From Eledone cirrhosa (lineage: Eukaryota), in NCBI GenBank assembly GCA_964016885.1, contig OZ024742.1, positions 30,132,001 to 30,196,000 of the forward strand: a DNA stretch of 64,000 nucleotides, in the 5' to 3' direction. The translations under genes and the position numbers were made by a program. Positions within the stretch are counted from its first letter, which is position 1; each line of letters starts with the position of its first letter. Of this stretch, positions 13,219 through 25,729 are shown piece by piece. The notes under the pieces are model-generated. The model saw nothing but the letters and a program-made list of their open reading frames with translations. It had not been told where the DNA came from and did not search any database.

Positions 13219-14064
13219 CAACCAACAAAAACAAGATAAAAAAAAAGGCTAAAATTTTCGACTGTGAAATATAGAAACGCTAGTTTAAATAAGGAAAGTC
13301 TTTGGTAAAGTGAGGAATTATGTGAAGTTATTAGCAGAAATATGGTGGCACTAGGGATTCTTAAAACAATATCTTCGACGAGGAGACTTTCCTGATAGTT
13401 ATAATAATGGTTTCTGATTCAAGAACAAGGCCAGCAATTACCCAGTGCATTACTGGTACTTTATTTTATCAACCCGTAAGGATGAAAGGCAAAGTTAACC
13501 TCGGCGGGGTTTGAACTCAGAATGGCAAGGGCCGTAGCTCTATGCGTCAAAGCATGGCGTCCGACCCTGCCATTCTGAGTTCAAATCCCGCCGAGGTTAA
13601 CTTTGCCTTTCATCCTTACGGGGTTGATAAAATAAAGTACCAGTAATACACTGGGTAATTGCTGGCCTTGTTCTTGAATCAGAAACCATTCGTGGATTGG
13701 CAGTATCGGTAGAGGGTCCGACGCCATGCTTTGACGCATAGAGTTACGGCCCTTGCCATTCTGAGTTCAAATCCCACCGAGGTTAACTTTGCCTTTCATC
13801 CTTACGGCGTCGATAAAATAAAGTACCAGTAATGCACTGGGTAATTGCTGGCCTTGTGCCAAAAGTAGAAACCATTATTATAACTATCAGGAAAGTCTCC
13901 TCGTGGAAGATATTGTTTTAAGAATCCCTAGTGCCACCATATTTCTGCTAATAACTTCACATAATTCCTCACTTTACCAAAGACTTTCCTTATTTAAATT
14001 ATCGTTTCTATATTTCACAGTCGAAATTTTTAGCCTTTTTTTTTTGTCTTGTTTTTGTTGGTTG
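13219..14064. repeat. Inverted duplication with ~195-bp non-SINE arms, enclosing three SINE copies (-,+,+)
   Basis: 13219-13412 is the reverse complement of 13869-14064; SINEs at 13403-13566(-), 13567-13690(+) and 13692-13880(+). Confidence 0.9.
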
Positions 14065-14159
14065 TTGTATTTTTTTTAGTATTTTTTTGTATCTCTTTTT
14101 TCAAATATAAAAGAATTGTTTATTGTTTCTTTGTTTTTCTCAGTCGTTTTCTTCTTGTT

Positions 14160-14601
14160 TTTCTTTCTTGCTGTTGTTGTTGTTGTTATTGTTGTTCATG
14201 TTGCTGTTGCTCTTTTTTGTAAATTATTATTAATGTTGTTGTTGTTGCTGTTGTCACCATCGTCGTTGGTGTTGTTGTTCTTCTTCTTCTCCTTCTTTTT
14301 CTTCTTCTCCTCCTTCTGCTTCTCCGTCTTCTTCTTCTTCTTCTTCTTCTTCTTCTTCTTCTTCTTCTTCTTCTTCTCTTCTTCTTCTTGCTTTTCATAG
14401 CAAGAATTATGAAGAGGGAAAAAAGACATCGTCGTCATTGTTGCTGTTGTTGTTATTGTTGTCGTTGTTGTGTTATTGTCGTCGTTGTTGTCGTTGCCAT
14501 TTTGTTATCGTTGTATTTTTTCTTGTCGTTTTTGTTGTTCTTCTTATTATTATTATTATTCTTATTCTCCTTCTTCTTATTATTATTATTATTATTATTA
14601 A

Positions 14602-14664
<63 letters not shown>

Positions 14665-14945
14665 CCTTCTTCTTCATCTTCTTTTCCCCTCCTCCTTCTC
14701 TCCCCTTCTACTTCTTCTCCTCCTTCTCATTCTTCTCCTCCTTCTCCCCCTCCTTCTTCTTCTCCTTCTCCTTATTGTTGTTGCTGTTGCTGTTGTTGTT
14801 GCTGCTTTCATAGCAAGAACTAGGAAGAGAAAGAAGAAGAAGAAGAAGAAGAAGAAGAAGAAGAAGAAGAAGAAGAAGAACTAGGAAGAGAAAGAAGAAG
14901 AAGAAGAAGAAGAAGAAGAAGAAGAAGAAGAAGAAGAAGAAGACA
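14160..14945. repeat. Compound (TTG)n/(TTC)n/(TTA)n/(AAG)n microsatellites
   Basis: Directly visible. Confidence 0.95.
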
Positions 14946-15341
14946 CAGGGATGTGAAGAGTTTCTGTTGAAAACTAAAGTTATCATGAATTTCACTCAGC
15001 CGCTTTAGACCAAGTCTATTTATATATTCTTTAAGCGAAACGTTTGGCGCCATGTTTGTGTGAAGATTAGAATGAAAAAAAGGTGAAATTGTCGATGAGC
15101 TTTTGTTAAATGAATGATGTGTTTTTACAATTACAATAGCTAAGGGACATATGCAAGTGATGGTTGCTAGGTCTATAGTTAATCAAGGTTTTCAATCACT
15201 CGGGGCCATCACTAGATAAATATTCCACACACATAACCCTCTAGCCGTTCAATACATATGTATATGTATGAGTATGTGTGTGTGTGTGAATGTATGTGTA
15301 TGGGAATATGTGTAGTATGTGAATGTATGTGTGTGAATGTA

Positions 15342-15392
<51 letters not shown>

Positions 15393-15938
15393 GTGTGTAT
15401 GTGTATGTATATATGTGTGTATGTATGTATTTGCGAATGTATTGTGTGCGTATGTGTATGTCTGTATGTGGTGCATGTATGTATGTGTGTATGTATGTGA
15501 GTGTATGTGTGTATATGGGTATGTGTGTATATAGGTATATGTATTTATGGGTATGTATGTGTGTGTGTATGGGTATGTACGTGTATGTGTATATATGAGT
15601 ATGTGCGTATGTATGTATGTATATAAGTATGTATGCGTATATATGGGTATGTGTGTATGTGTATGTGCGTGTATATATGTGTGTATGCGTATATATAGGT
15701 ATGTGTGTATATATGTGTATATGTATGTGTGTGTTCTGTGTGTGTATGTGTTTGTGTGTGTATGTGTACGTATGTGTGTGTGTGAATGTATGTGTATATG
15801 TTTGTGTGTGTATGTGTGTGTGTGTGGTTATAGAGTCATATTTTTTAACAACAACGCAGTAAATGAAGTACTCAATATCCTTAAATAGAGTAGAATAACA
15901 CACACAATACACACACTCGCACATACACACACACACAC

Positions 15939-16024
<86 letters not shown>

Positions 16025-16403
16025 AAAATTCGCAAGGTGAAACACGTGTCCTCGAAGATGGGGTTTGCTAACTTTTGTGGAACTAATTTTATATATATAT
16101 ATACATATATATATATATACATGTTCCCACACGAACCCGTTTATCCAGCATATAACGTATTGTGTCCTCTCTTATATGAAGTCCATCTTTACAACATACT
16201 ATTGTAAAATCATGGGGTGTGTGGAAAAGATAAAAGTCAAAGCTGACCTCTGAGGGATTTGAACTCAGAGAGCAGAGAACCGAAACAAACAGCACAAGGC
16301 ATTTTATCAAACGTTCTAATGACTCTGACAATTCACAGCCTCGGGGAATAAATAGAGACACTTAAAGGTGTTATACAGTATGAAGAAGGTCAGACTTGTA
16401 TGC

Positions 16404-16478
<75 letters not shown>

Positions 16479-16487
16479 GCGTGTGTG

Positions 16488-16579
<92 letters not shown>

Positions 16580-16975
16580 GAAGAAAACATAGATAGAACG
16601 GGTGAGATAGGTATAAAAGAAATATAGAGACTGAAAGATAAAATGAGGTATTGAGATAGAAAGACAAATAGAAAGTTACAAGGAGATATAGAGACAGAGA
16701 AATAGCGAGACAGACAGACTGACAGACAGACTGGCAGAGAGACAGAGAAATAGGGACAGGCAGATATCAAAGGTGCGGCGAAAGAAGGAGGAAAAAAGGT
16801 AGAGAGAAAGTGAAAGAGAAACGGAGAAAGAAGCAGAGAATATGCAGTTTGAAATTTTGTGCTGGTCGATGTAGAAAAAGTCGTGAATCTAATAAAAATA
16901 TAGGAGAAAAGAGATGAGTTCAGATATGAAATGTGTGCAAAGAGTGAAACGGAAAATTGAGAAAGGAAAATTTAC

Positions 16976-17028
16976 CCAAGCAGTTTCCATATCGTTCCAA
17001 TGAATAACTTTGAAAGGACGGCGGCCAT
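16976..17028 (-). CDS. Candidate first coding exon (MAAVLSKLFIGTIWKLLG)
   Basis: caacATGGCCGCC (YY1-like start motif), GG|gtaaat donor, TTTCCCGC (E2F-like) motif just upstream in a CpG-containing unique patch. Confidence 0.4.
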
Positions 17029-17229
17029 GTTGTTTTGTTGTTTCCCGCCATACGTAACTGCTTTCGTGACCGTTAACAATTTGGGCTACATGGCGTTTCT
17101 ACTATATATATTGGTTAGACGTATCGGTTAGTTAAACTTTATCACAGAGTATAGAGGCTTCAAAAAGTTAATAGTTGTCTCTCATATATTTTTGTTACAT
17201 TATATTTTGTATTATTTTGTGTGGACACC

Positions 17230-17395
17230 AGCATGGCGATATGGTTGAGGAGTTCGCTTCACAATCATTAAGTCCCGGGTTCAGTCCCACGGCGTGGAGC
17301 AGCTTGGGCAAGTGTTATTTACCGTACTTCCTTGTCACCCTATGCCGGTCGTGTTAGTGAAATTTGGTAGACAGAAACTGTTCGGAAGCCCGTTA
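17230..17395 (+). mobile_element. Octopus-type tRNA-derived SINE, third family
   Basis: tggttgaggagttcgcttc...ccgggttcagtcccac..gcgtgg..cttgggcaagtgt...gaaatttggtagacagaaactg..gaagcccgt resembles a common octopus SINE, from recall. Confidence 0.75.
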
Positions 17396-17812
17396 GATGG
17401 GCTGTCTCGCGCGGAGAATCTTTAAAAATTAGGTTACGGGGACGCGTTTCTGTGGGATCCTCAGTCACTTACACGTTAATTTCATAAATGCTCAGCCATG
17501 TTAATGTTCTGTTGCCCGGACAGACGGAACACTCATCGTAGAAATCGATGGAGGTCCATTCTTCATTCCATGTGTTTGTATGTTTGCACTTCGTTTTACA
17601 AAATATATTAAATATTAGGATGGAAGTAAGCGAGAGTGTAAATTTGCATCTGGAAGTTCTAGAAAAAAAATGACGTCACACACACTCACACACACACACT
17701 CACTCACACATACACACACACACAGATACACACACGCACTCATATATACATTGTCTATTTTCTCTTCACATTTATAATTGCTATATGTATATATATATAT
17801 GTGTGTTTGTAT

Positions 17813-17910
17813 GGGGGGGGGTTAAAAAAATGTATACACACTTTGATTACCTGTACAGGCAATATTTATTAGAATGCTGTTGAAGCGTGTATACATTTTG
17901 GGGAGACACC

Positions 17911-17912
<2 letters not shown>
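17813..17912. mobile_element. Small mariner-type MITE remnant
   Basis: aaaatgtatacac.../...gtgtatacattttggggagacaccctg followed by TA. Confidence 0.5.
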
Positions 17913-17946
<34 letters not shown>

Positions 17947-17949
<3 letters not shown>

Positions 17950-18137
17950 AACCAGTAAGACCCCGACAGCTGAGCTCAAGCCGTTTCGACGGCTAATTCT
18001 GCTCCAGAATTAGCCGTCGAAACGGCTTGAGCTCAGCTGTCGGGGTCTTACTGGTTCCTATTACCCACTCTACTACTTCAAGTATTGAATACTTTGGTGC
18101 GTTATGGTCCACCTGGTTCCTTACCACATTTCCTTCG

Positions 18138-18139
<2 letters not shown>
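17947..18139 (+). mobile_element. Family A fold-back element in (TA)n, carrying the HHR 3' half
   Basis: ~48-bp perfect inverted arms, then the conserved 3' end tattacccactctactac...ccttaccacatttccttcgtt. Confidence 0.85.
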
Positions 18140-18208
<69 letters not shown>

Positions 18209-18245
18209 CGCACACATACACAGCCCCACACAAATGTATATATAA

Positions 18246-18280
<35 letters not shown>

Positions 18281-18321
18281 CATACGCACACATACACAGC
18301 CACACACAAATGTATATATAA

Positions 18322-18420
<99 letters not shown>

Positions 18421-18989
18421 CCTCATTCAATGACGTCTTACGTAATTTGTTGCTGTATTCCATTCCAAAGTCGCTTCTAATCAATCAACACCTCCTCACA
18501 TTCTCAATCTAATCGATATCTAAACACTTTGTCTTTCTAGACAACTTCGATTGACAGTCTTATCAACTGTTATAGATTTTACCTATTCAGTCAACATCTA
18601 CAAGCAACGCTATATATTCCCATAGAAACGCTGTCTCTAAACAGTCAATATCTCCTGCATTTCCTCTCTATCGATCTAGTTAACATGTATAGGTTGTATA
18701 CCTTATGCTGTAAATATATATACACTGTCTCCTTCCTGTCAACATCCACTCACTCCGATTATTGATGTAGTTTATATTTACATACAGAGCCCATACAGTG
18801 AACAACTACAAGATATATATATATCACAGAAAAAAAGAGAATCAGTGTTGCGACGAATGGAACTTATTGGACATATTACAATAGTTTCTCTGGCGACCAG
18901 CTCGAGGTACGATCGATGTGATTATCGAACCTGACTCTGAAAATCGCAAGATCCTCAGATGCGTCTTGATTTTACGAACCAGATTTTCC

Positions 18990-19026
<37 letters not shown>

Positions 19027-19028
<2 letters not shown>

Positions 19029-19203
19029 AACCAGTAAGACCCCGACAGCTGAGCTCAAGCCGTTTCGACGGCTAATTAGCCGTCGAAACGGCTTGAGCTC
19101 AGCTGTCGGGGTCTTACTGGTTCCTATTACCCACTCTACTACCTCAAGTATTGAGTACTTTGGTGCGTTATGGTCCACCTGGTTCCTTACCACATTTCCT
19201 TCG

Positions 19204-19205
<2 letters not shown>
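19027..19205 (+). mobile_element. Family A fold-back element in (TA)n
   Basis: As 17947-18139, but with the spacerless centre gctaattagc. Confidence 0.85.
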
Positions 19206-19237
<32 letters not shown>

Positions 19238-19249
19238 GAATATACAAGA

Positions 19250-19451
19250 GAGGTAAACACAAATATAAACATACATGTGTTCGAATTGTAAGGGACCACG
19301 TTCAGGCAGTTGCTTTGTTTTTCTTTTTCTTGATTTATTACTTTAAATTGAGTCTGGCAAACCATATTGTTATAGTTAGTATTTTTTTCACCCGAGCGAA
19401 CTTGGTCCCTTACAATTCGAACACATGTATGTTTATATTTGTGTTTACCTC
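19250..19451. mobile_element. MITE-like element or fold-back with 54-bp inverted termini
   Basis: gaggtaaacacaaatataaacatacatgtgttcgaattgtaagggacca.../reverse complement ending at 19451. Confidence 0.7.
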
Positions 19452-19622
19452 AGGACCCCGACGGCAGAGCTCAAGCCGTTTCGATGGCTATTTCTGGACA
19501 TCGAAATGGCTTAAGCTCTGCCGTCGAGGTCCTGAACTTTTCCTATTACCCACTCTACTACCCAAAGTATCGAGTACTCTGGTGCATTATGGTCCACCTT
19601 GTTCCTGACCACACTTCCTTCG

Positions 19623-19625
<3 letters not shown>
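19452..19625 (+). mobile_element. Family A fold-back element, diverged copy
   Basis: ggaccccgacggcagagctcaagccgtttcga...tcgaaatggcttaagctctgccgtcgaggtcc plus the family 3' end, followed by (TA)n. Confidence 0.8.
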
Positions 19626-19660
<35 letters not shown>

Positions 19661-19693
19661 ATGCGTGTGTGGGGGGGGGGGTGCGTGTGTGTG

Positions 19694-19787
<94 letters not shown>

Positions 19788-19864
19788 CGTGTGTGTATGT
19801 GTGTGTGCGTGTGTGCGTGCGTGCGTGTGTGTGCGTGTGTGCGTGCGTGCGTGTGTGTGTGTGT

Positions 19865-19931
<67 letters not shown>

Positions 19932-20030
19932 TGTGTGTGTGTGTGTGTGTGTGCGTGCGTGTGTGTGTATGTGTGCGTGTGTGCGTGCGTGCGTGTGTGT
20001 GTGTGTGTGTGCGTGTGTGTGCGTGTGTGC

Positions 20031-20122
<92 letters not shown>

Positions 20123-20280
20123 CAATGTATATATAATATATATATATTGAGAGAATCAACAGTTTTCCAAGAGATGGCGACTTCAATAGAGATGTTTTTT
20201 TTCTCAAAGAATTTTTTTTTCGTTTCTTCCACTGCTCACTCTCATCTATCTTTCTATTACTGCTTTAATTTCTCATTCTA

Positions 20281-20316
20281 TTTTCTGGTGAAGGACTAAC
20301 GTCCGAAACGTTAAGA
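20281..20316 (+). ncRNA. Minimal HHR motif, family B (element ~20255-20412)
   Basis: TTTT-CTGGTGA-a GGAC taac GTCC-GAAAC GTT-AAGA. Confidence 0.65.
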
Positions 20317-20408
20317 CTTTTTTCTTATTTTCCTACTATATCAAGCGTAAAACTAATTTATTTTTTCATTGTACTGTGTCGCTTGCTTTGTTATTTCTGT
20401 TTGCCTTT

Positions 20409-20448
<40 letters not shown>

Positions 20449-20591
20449 ATATAAATGAAAGGTATAGAGAACACTGCAGCGAAAAGCGAACAGCATTCCA
20501 TAATATATAATAATATATACATACATATATATATATGTATGTATATATTTGTTTTGCATGGTTTTTGATATAAAATCGTGTGACGTAACAA

Positions 20592-20816
20592 ATATCGTTA
20601 TACTTGGGGAGGGTCATATTACCAGAAATAATAACAGAAAACACTCAGTTTTGTTGATTTTCGCTTCTGTATCTTTTATATCTCCATAGCCAAATAAATT
20701 AACTATGGAGATATAAAAGATACAGAAGCGAAAACCAACCAAACAGTGAGTGTGTTCTGTTATTATTTCTGGCAATATTATTACAACAATATGACCCTCA
20801 CCAAGTATAACAATAT
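20592..20816. repeat. ~100-bp-arm imperfect palindrome ending in (TA)n
   Basis: Arms converge on ctccatag-ccaaataaattaa-ctatggag. Confidence 0.9.
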
Positions 20817-20837
20817 ATATATATATATATACCTCTA

Positions 20838-20875
<38 letters not shown>

Positions 20876-21199
20876 TGTATCCTAGAATGAGGGGCGGTTT
20901 CAGGTGGTTTGGTAACGAAAGTGTTAAACACTGTGTATCAAATCAACGGCTGGTTTCATCTTTCTCGTCAATACCTATAATGTGTATCTTTATAATTAAC
21001 ACCAATACGTTGACTCAGCAGATTTAATCAACATCTATTCATTGTCTCTATTTTATCATCTGCTCGCACTCACACACATATATATATTCTTTTACTCATT
21101 TACTCTTTTATTCTTTTACCTGTTCCAGCCATCTGTCTAAGGCCATGCTGGGGCACCGCCCTTGTTGCTACACATTCTATCTCCAGCCTGTGTTGGCTG

Positions 21200-21230
<31 letters not shown>

Positions 21231-21233
<3 letters not shown>

Positions 21234-21318
21234 AAAGGTAAACAGAAATAACAACACAACTGGTACAGTATATGGAAGGGATATATTAGGTTAACGCTTG
21301 ATATAGCAGGAAGAGGGT

Positions 21319-21322
<4 letters not shown>
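21231..21322 (-). mobile_element. Family B 3' fragment between (TA)n tracts
   Basis: Matches 28940-29032 and 44691-44780. Confidence 0.8.
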
Positions 21323-21390
<68 letters not shown>

Positions 21391-21393
<3 letters not shown>

Positions 21394-21596
21394 AAAAAGT
21401 ATGACCCCGACAGCAGAGCTCAAGCCGTTTCGACGGCTATTTCTGGACTGAAATAGCCGTCCAGAAATAGCCGTCGAAATGGCTTGAGCTCTGCCGTCGG
21501 GGTCATACTTTTTCCTATTTCCCACTCTACTACCCTAAGTATTGAGCACTCTGGTGCGTTATGGTCCATCTGGTTCCTTATCACAATTCCTTTGTT
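21391..21596 (+). mobile_element. Family A fold-back element in (TA)n
   Basis: aggaaaaagtatgaccccga...tcggggtcatactttttcct plus the family 3' end. Confidence 0.85.
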
Positions 21597-21748
21597 ATAT
21601 ATATATATATATATATATACCATAAATTATGTAAGGACATAATTTATGATATATTGCTCTGATTATTTAATTTTTTAATTCTTCATTGAGCCACATCGTG
21701 AACGGTTGCCACATATATATCTGTGACTTTATATATATATATGTAAAT

Positions 21749-21814
<66 letters not shown>

Positions 21815-22151
21815 ACCATCGCCATCCTATCGCCATGGGACTTGGAGACTAGAGCCGAATGCCACTATTCTACTTTGCAACGATGTGGAACTGCTATTTC
21901 TAATAACCAACTTTTCACTATCTTATCAATGTGTGTTTGAGACACATTGGCTGAGTTCTTTTGAGGGAGCGGAAATATTTATTTTCTAATCTCCTGCCAC
22001 CACGTAAATTTGTAAATCGGTGACCGATCTGGGGGACAGAGTTGTATCAGATTCCAGTTGCTAATCACTTTATTCTGTCGGCCGTCACAAACAGTCATGG
22101 CCGGCATGGACTGGAGTTGAATTTTATCGATCGATTGGTTATTGATTAGGC

Positions 22152-22269
22152 GTTACCCGCTGATGAATCCACATGCGCCGATTATGCATTGTTGCATAAT
22201 ATATGCAGACAGATGGTGCAGTGCACCTTACTGCTGCATTAAGTGGGGCCGAAACTCGAGTCTGGGAAC
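22152..22269 (+). ncRNA. HHR motif with long branched stem II, inside a (TA)n-flanked element (21811-22410)
   Basis: gttaCCCG-CTGATGA-[atccac...gtggggcc containing attatgca/tgcataat and ggtgca/tgcacc hairpins]-GAAAC TCGA GTC-TGGGaac. Confidence 0.65.
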
Positions 22270-23730
22270 TACTATAGACACCCGTTTTACGTGTGTTGTA
22301 TTGAAGCGAATAACTATGTGTATACTCTGGGAATGTATCTTACATGGAGTACGCTGAGATACAACCGGTCCTGGCATTGATAAATATGCTGGGTCCGTCA
22401 ACTCCTTATTATATATATATATATGTAATATATATATATATATAGTTAACACCTATAGACTATCTATCCACCCAGTCAACATCTATAGACTTTATCTGTT
22501 CTGTCAACATCTACAGATGATATCTTTCTATCCAGTCAACATCTATTCACTCTTCATATTCTGTCAACATCTACAGACTATATCTACCCAGTCAACATCT
22601 ATAGACTATATATATATCCACCCAGTCAACCATCTACAAACTATATCTATCTAGTCGACATATCTGTCCCATCTCTATCCATCTAGCACCTATCCAGCCA
22701 ACATTTATATCGGATGTCTATCCAGTTACCACTTATATCTGTCTATATCCTGTCAATAAATCTATACTTAATCAATATTTATATATTGTATACATCTAGA
22801 CACAATCTACAAAATGTCTCTATCTACTTAACATCTATATTTATATGTCATGTTTAAGTCATCAGTATCTGCTTATATAAAATGCTTATTTCTCTCTAAT
22901 CGATATCTGTACACTGTATCGATCAAGTGAATATCTCCAGGCTGTATCTGACTGATCACCTTTGTTACATCAGATGTACAGATATTATCTAATCAACATT
23001 TAGAACTATTGTTCAGATAGTCAATATATTCCACCTGTGCCGCCTCTCACTCTACAGACGACCACTGGGCACACTATGTTTACATTATGGTTTCTGATTT
23101 AGACATAAGACCAACAATTGGGGGGGGGGTCAATTAAATCGACCTCAGTACGTTACTGGTACTTTATTTTATCGACTCCGTAAGGATGAAAGGCAAAGCT
23201 AACCTCGGCAGTATTTGAACTCAGAACGTTTACATAATAAATATAACTGGTTTTTGTTTATGTAGCCCAAATATAGAAAGGACCTCCATCAGTTTCGACG
23301 AGTGTTCAAGGTTTTAGATCAAAATTAACGTGCATTCCACTCACATGTGTAATCATAACTTAATTCTCAGGGAGATTCAGCGTTACGGAGTGTGTGACAA
23401 GTACACTCCATCTGACTGGTTCCCAAAACGTTCTCATCTACCCAACTTCACACACAGTTCGTATCTAACCCAATCCAGGGCCTTCTCACTCCTGTAGGAA
23501 GAACCCCACTCTGGTTGACCTACACCGCTTTCTGTTTGGTTTGGCCATGTCTGTGGTGTAGCCCTAATCACCACGCTTGGCTATTTGCTGGTTGTTGCGG
23601 CTATTTAACCCATAGTTGGAGTGGTTGGCCGTTGACTCTGAAGAGTTCATCCACCCTTTTAACAACTCTTATTTTTGTGCTGCTGGGGATCCACTGACCC
23701 TCCTCCCCAGACCAGGGTATGGTCGGGGAG

Positions 23731-24025
23731 CTGGTTTAGTCACTGACGACTCGACTATGAAGTGGGTTGTACGGGGTTACATAGTACCAGTAGCAGGCAG
23801 AAGCTTGACCTCAGCAGCCCAGGGTGTGGTGAATGAGCCGGTTTTGTCACTGACCACTCAACCGTGAAGCAGGTTATACCGGATTACATGTTACCAACAG
23901 CAGGCAGAAGCTTGACCTCGGCAGACCAGGGTGTGGTGAATGAGCTGGTTTAGTCACTGACAATTCGACAATGAAGGAGGTTGTACTGGGTTACATTTTA
24001 CCAGCAGCAGGCAAAAGCCTGACCT
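23731..24025. repeat. 107-bp tandem repeat, ~2.7 copies
   Basis: ctggtttagtcactgac-like unit starts at 23731, 23838 and 23945. Confidence 0.85.
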
Positions 24026-24582
24026 AACCATAAGAGTTCGTATATAAGAAGCTATTTTTAGCTGAATATTCAAATTACTGAATAAAAGGAAATCTTTTTA
24101 GTATATTTTACAATTTGCTAAGTTAAGTTGCTAACTGCATCATTCATAACAGTTAATATTGGTTGAAATTAAATATTATCAAATAAAACAGGTCAATGTT
24201 AAGAGTTTGCCTTCCATGGGAAGATCTCTGAATGAGAAATGCCGCTAGCATGGACGAAAAATACTTCTAGCATGACCAAGAAAGTAGGTTTTGCCGTTGA
24301 TGGAATATTGCCAAGATCACAGACATTGTGAGTAGCCTTGGGAGAAGAGATCTGCTTAGCGCTTGTTGAGTCTGGAGAATTTAATAGCACGAATAAGAAA
24401 ATTATAAGACTGATTGCTCGTTTGAAATTGGAAGTGGCGATAGAAATAACGGCTGGCTTTTGAGTGATTACTTTGACTTAAACCTTTCAACCATAAGAAG
24501 TTGAATATGATGTAGATGTGAAACAATGATGAAATACAAATCTTTTTCAAAGAGCATCTACTATACAAGTCTTATATCATTT

Positions 24583-24634
<52 letters not shown>

Positions 24635-24656
24635 CAGCAGCAGCAGCAGCAGCAGG

Positions 24657-24687
<31 letters not shown>

Positions 24688-25158
24688 GCAAGAAGAAGAA
24701 GAAGAAGAAGAAGAAGAAGAAGAAGAAGAAGAAGAAGAAGAAGAAGAAGAAGAAGAAGAAGAAGAAGAAGAAGAAGAAGAAGAATTGCTTTTCTTTATCC
24801 ACTAAAGGTAATTACAAATATCTTCATTCGTGTATATAGAACATATGAAACAATACGAAGTAGCTTGCAAATATGTTTAAGACAAATAAGTTATATAAAA
24901 ACGAGGGCAAGGGTGAAACACAAACAATAAATGTGAGGACAAGATTAAAACTTTCTTTTCAGGCACTTTTAATTGACCTATGTAACTGTCACTCTAATAC
25001 ATCCTTGATATGGTTATATTAAGCTAACATGCCAAGTTTTTTTTTCCAGGACGAAGGTTCGGGCCGCTACAGCACTTTAAAGTTATCATATATATATATA
25101 TATTAATAAAAACAATGAATAAAACCAAAGAACAAGTTCCTTATATTAAAAAATTCAT

Positions 25159-25286
25159 CATTTTACGATCGTTTCTAGGATATATATGTGTGTTGGTATG
25201 TATATCATATAGATCTATGTAAAAATATTACAAACTATCAGAGGAAATATACATACCTTCACATATATATGCTGTCTTCAGAAATG
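25159..25286 (-). ncRNA. HHR with canonical core boxes and long stem II
   Basis: Reverse complement: CATTT-CTGAAGA-[cagcatatatatgtg..ggtatgtatat...atatacatacc..cacatatatatccta]-GAAAC GATC GTA-AAATG. Confidence 0.8.
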
Positions 25287-25309
25287 TTATATTTTGGGTT
25301 GTTCACTTT

Positions 25310-25393
<84 letters not shown>

Positions 25394-25456
25394 GTGAGGT
25401 TTTTTTTACAAAATGAAAAATAACCGGTGTCCTACACGAGTGAAAGTATAAAGAAA

Positions 25457-25729
25457 AAAAGATGAAATCGAAAATGCAACTGGAGTGTTATTTTTTTTTA
25501 AATATATATATATTTATTTGGTTCCTTTACCGGTTTCGCAGTTCTTCTGCTTTTCAAAAGGTGAGTTGAGATGGAGGGTTTGTGGTTTTTCTCACATGTG
25601 AGAAAAACCACAAACCCTCCATCTCAACTCTACTTTTGAAAAGCAGAGGAACTGCGAAACCGGTAAAGGAACCAAATAAATATATATATATTTTTAAAAA
25701 AATAAGACTCCAGTTGCATTTTCGATTTC

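Noticed and set aside
24199-24480. Possible coding segment
   Set aside because: Stops interrupt the plus frame, the minus-strand ORFs are short, and no protein or splice pattern was recognised.
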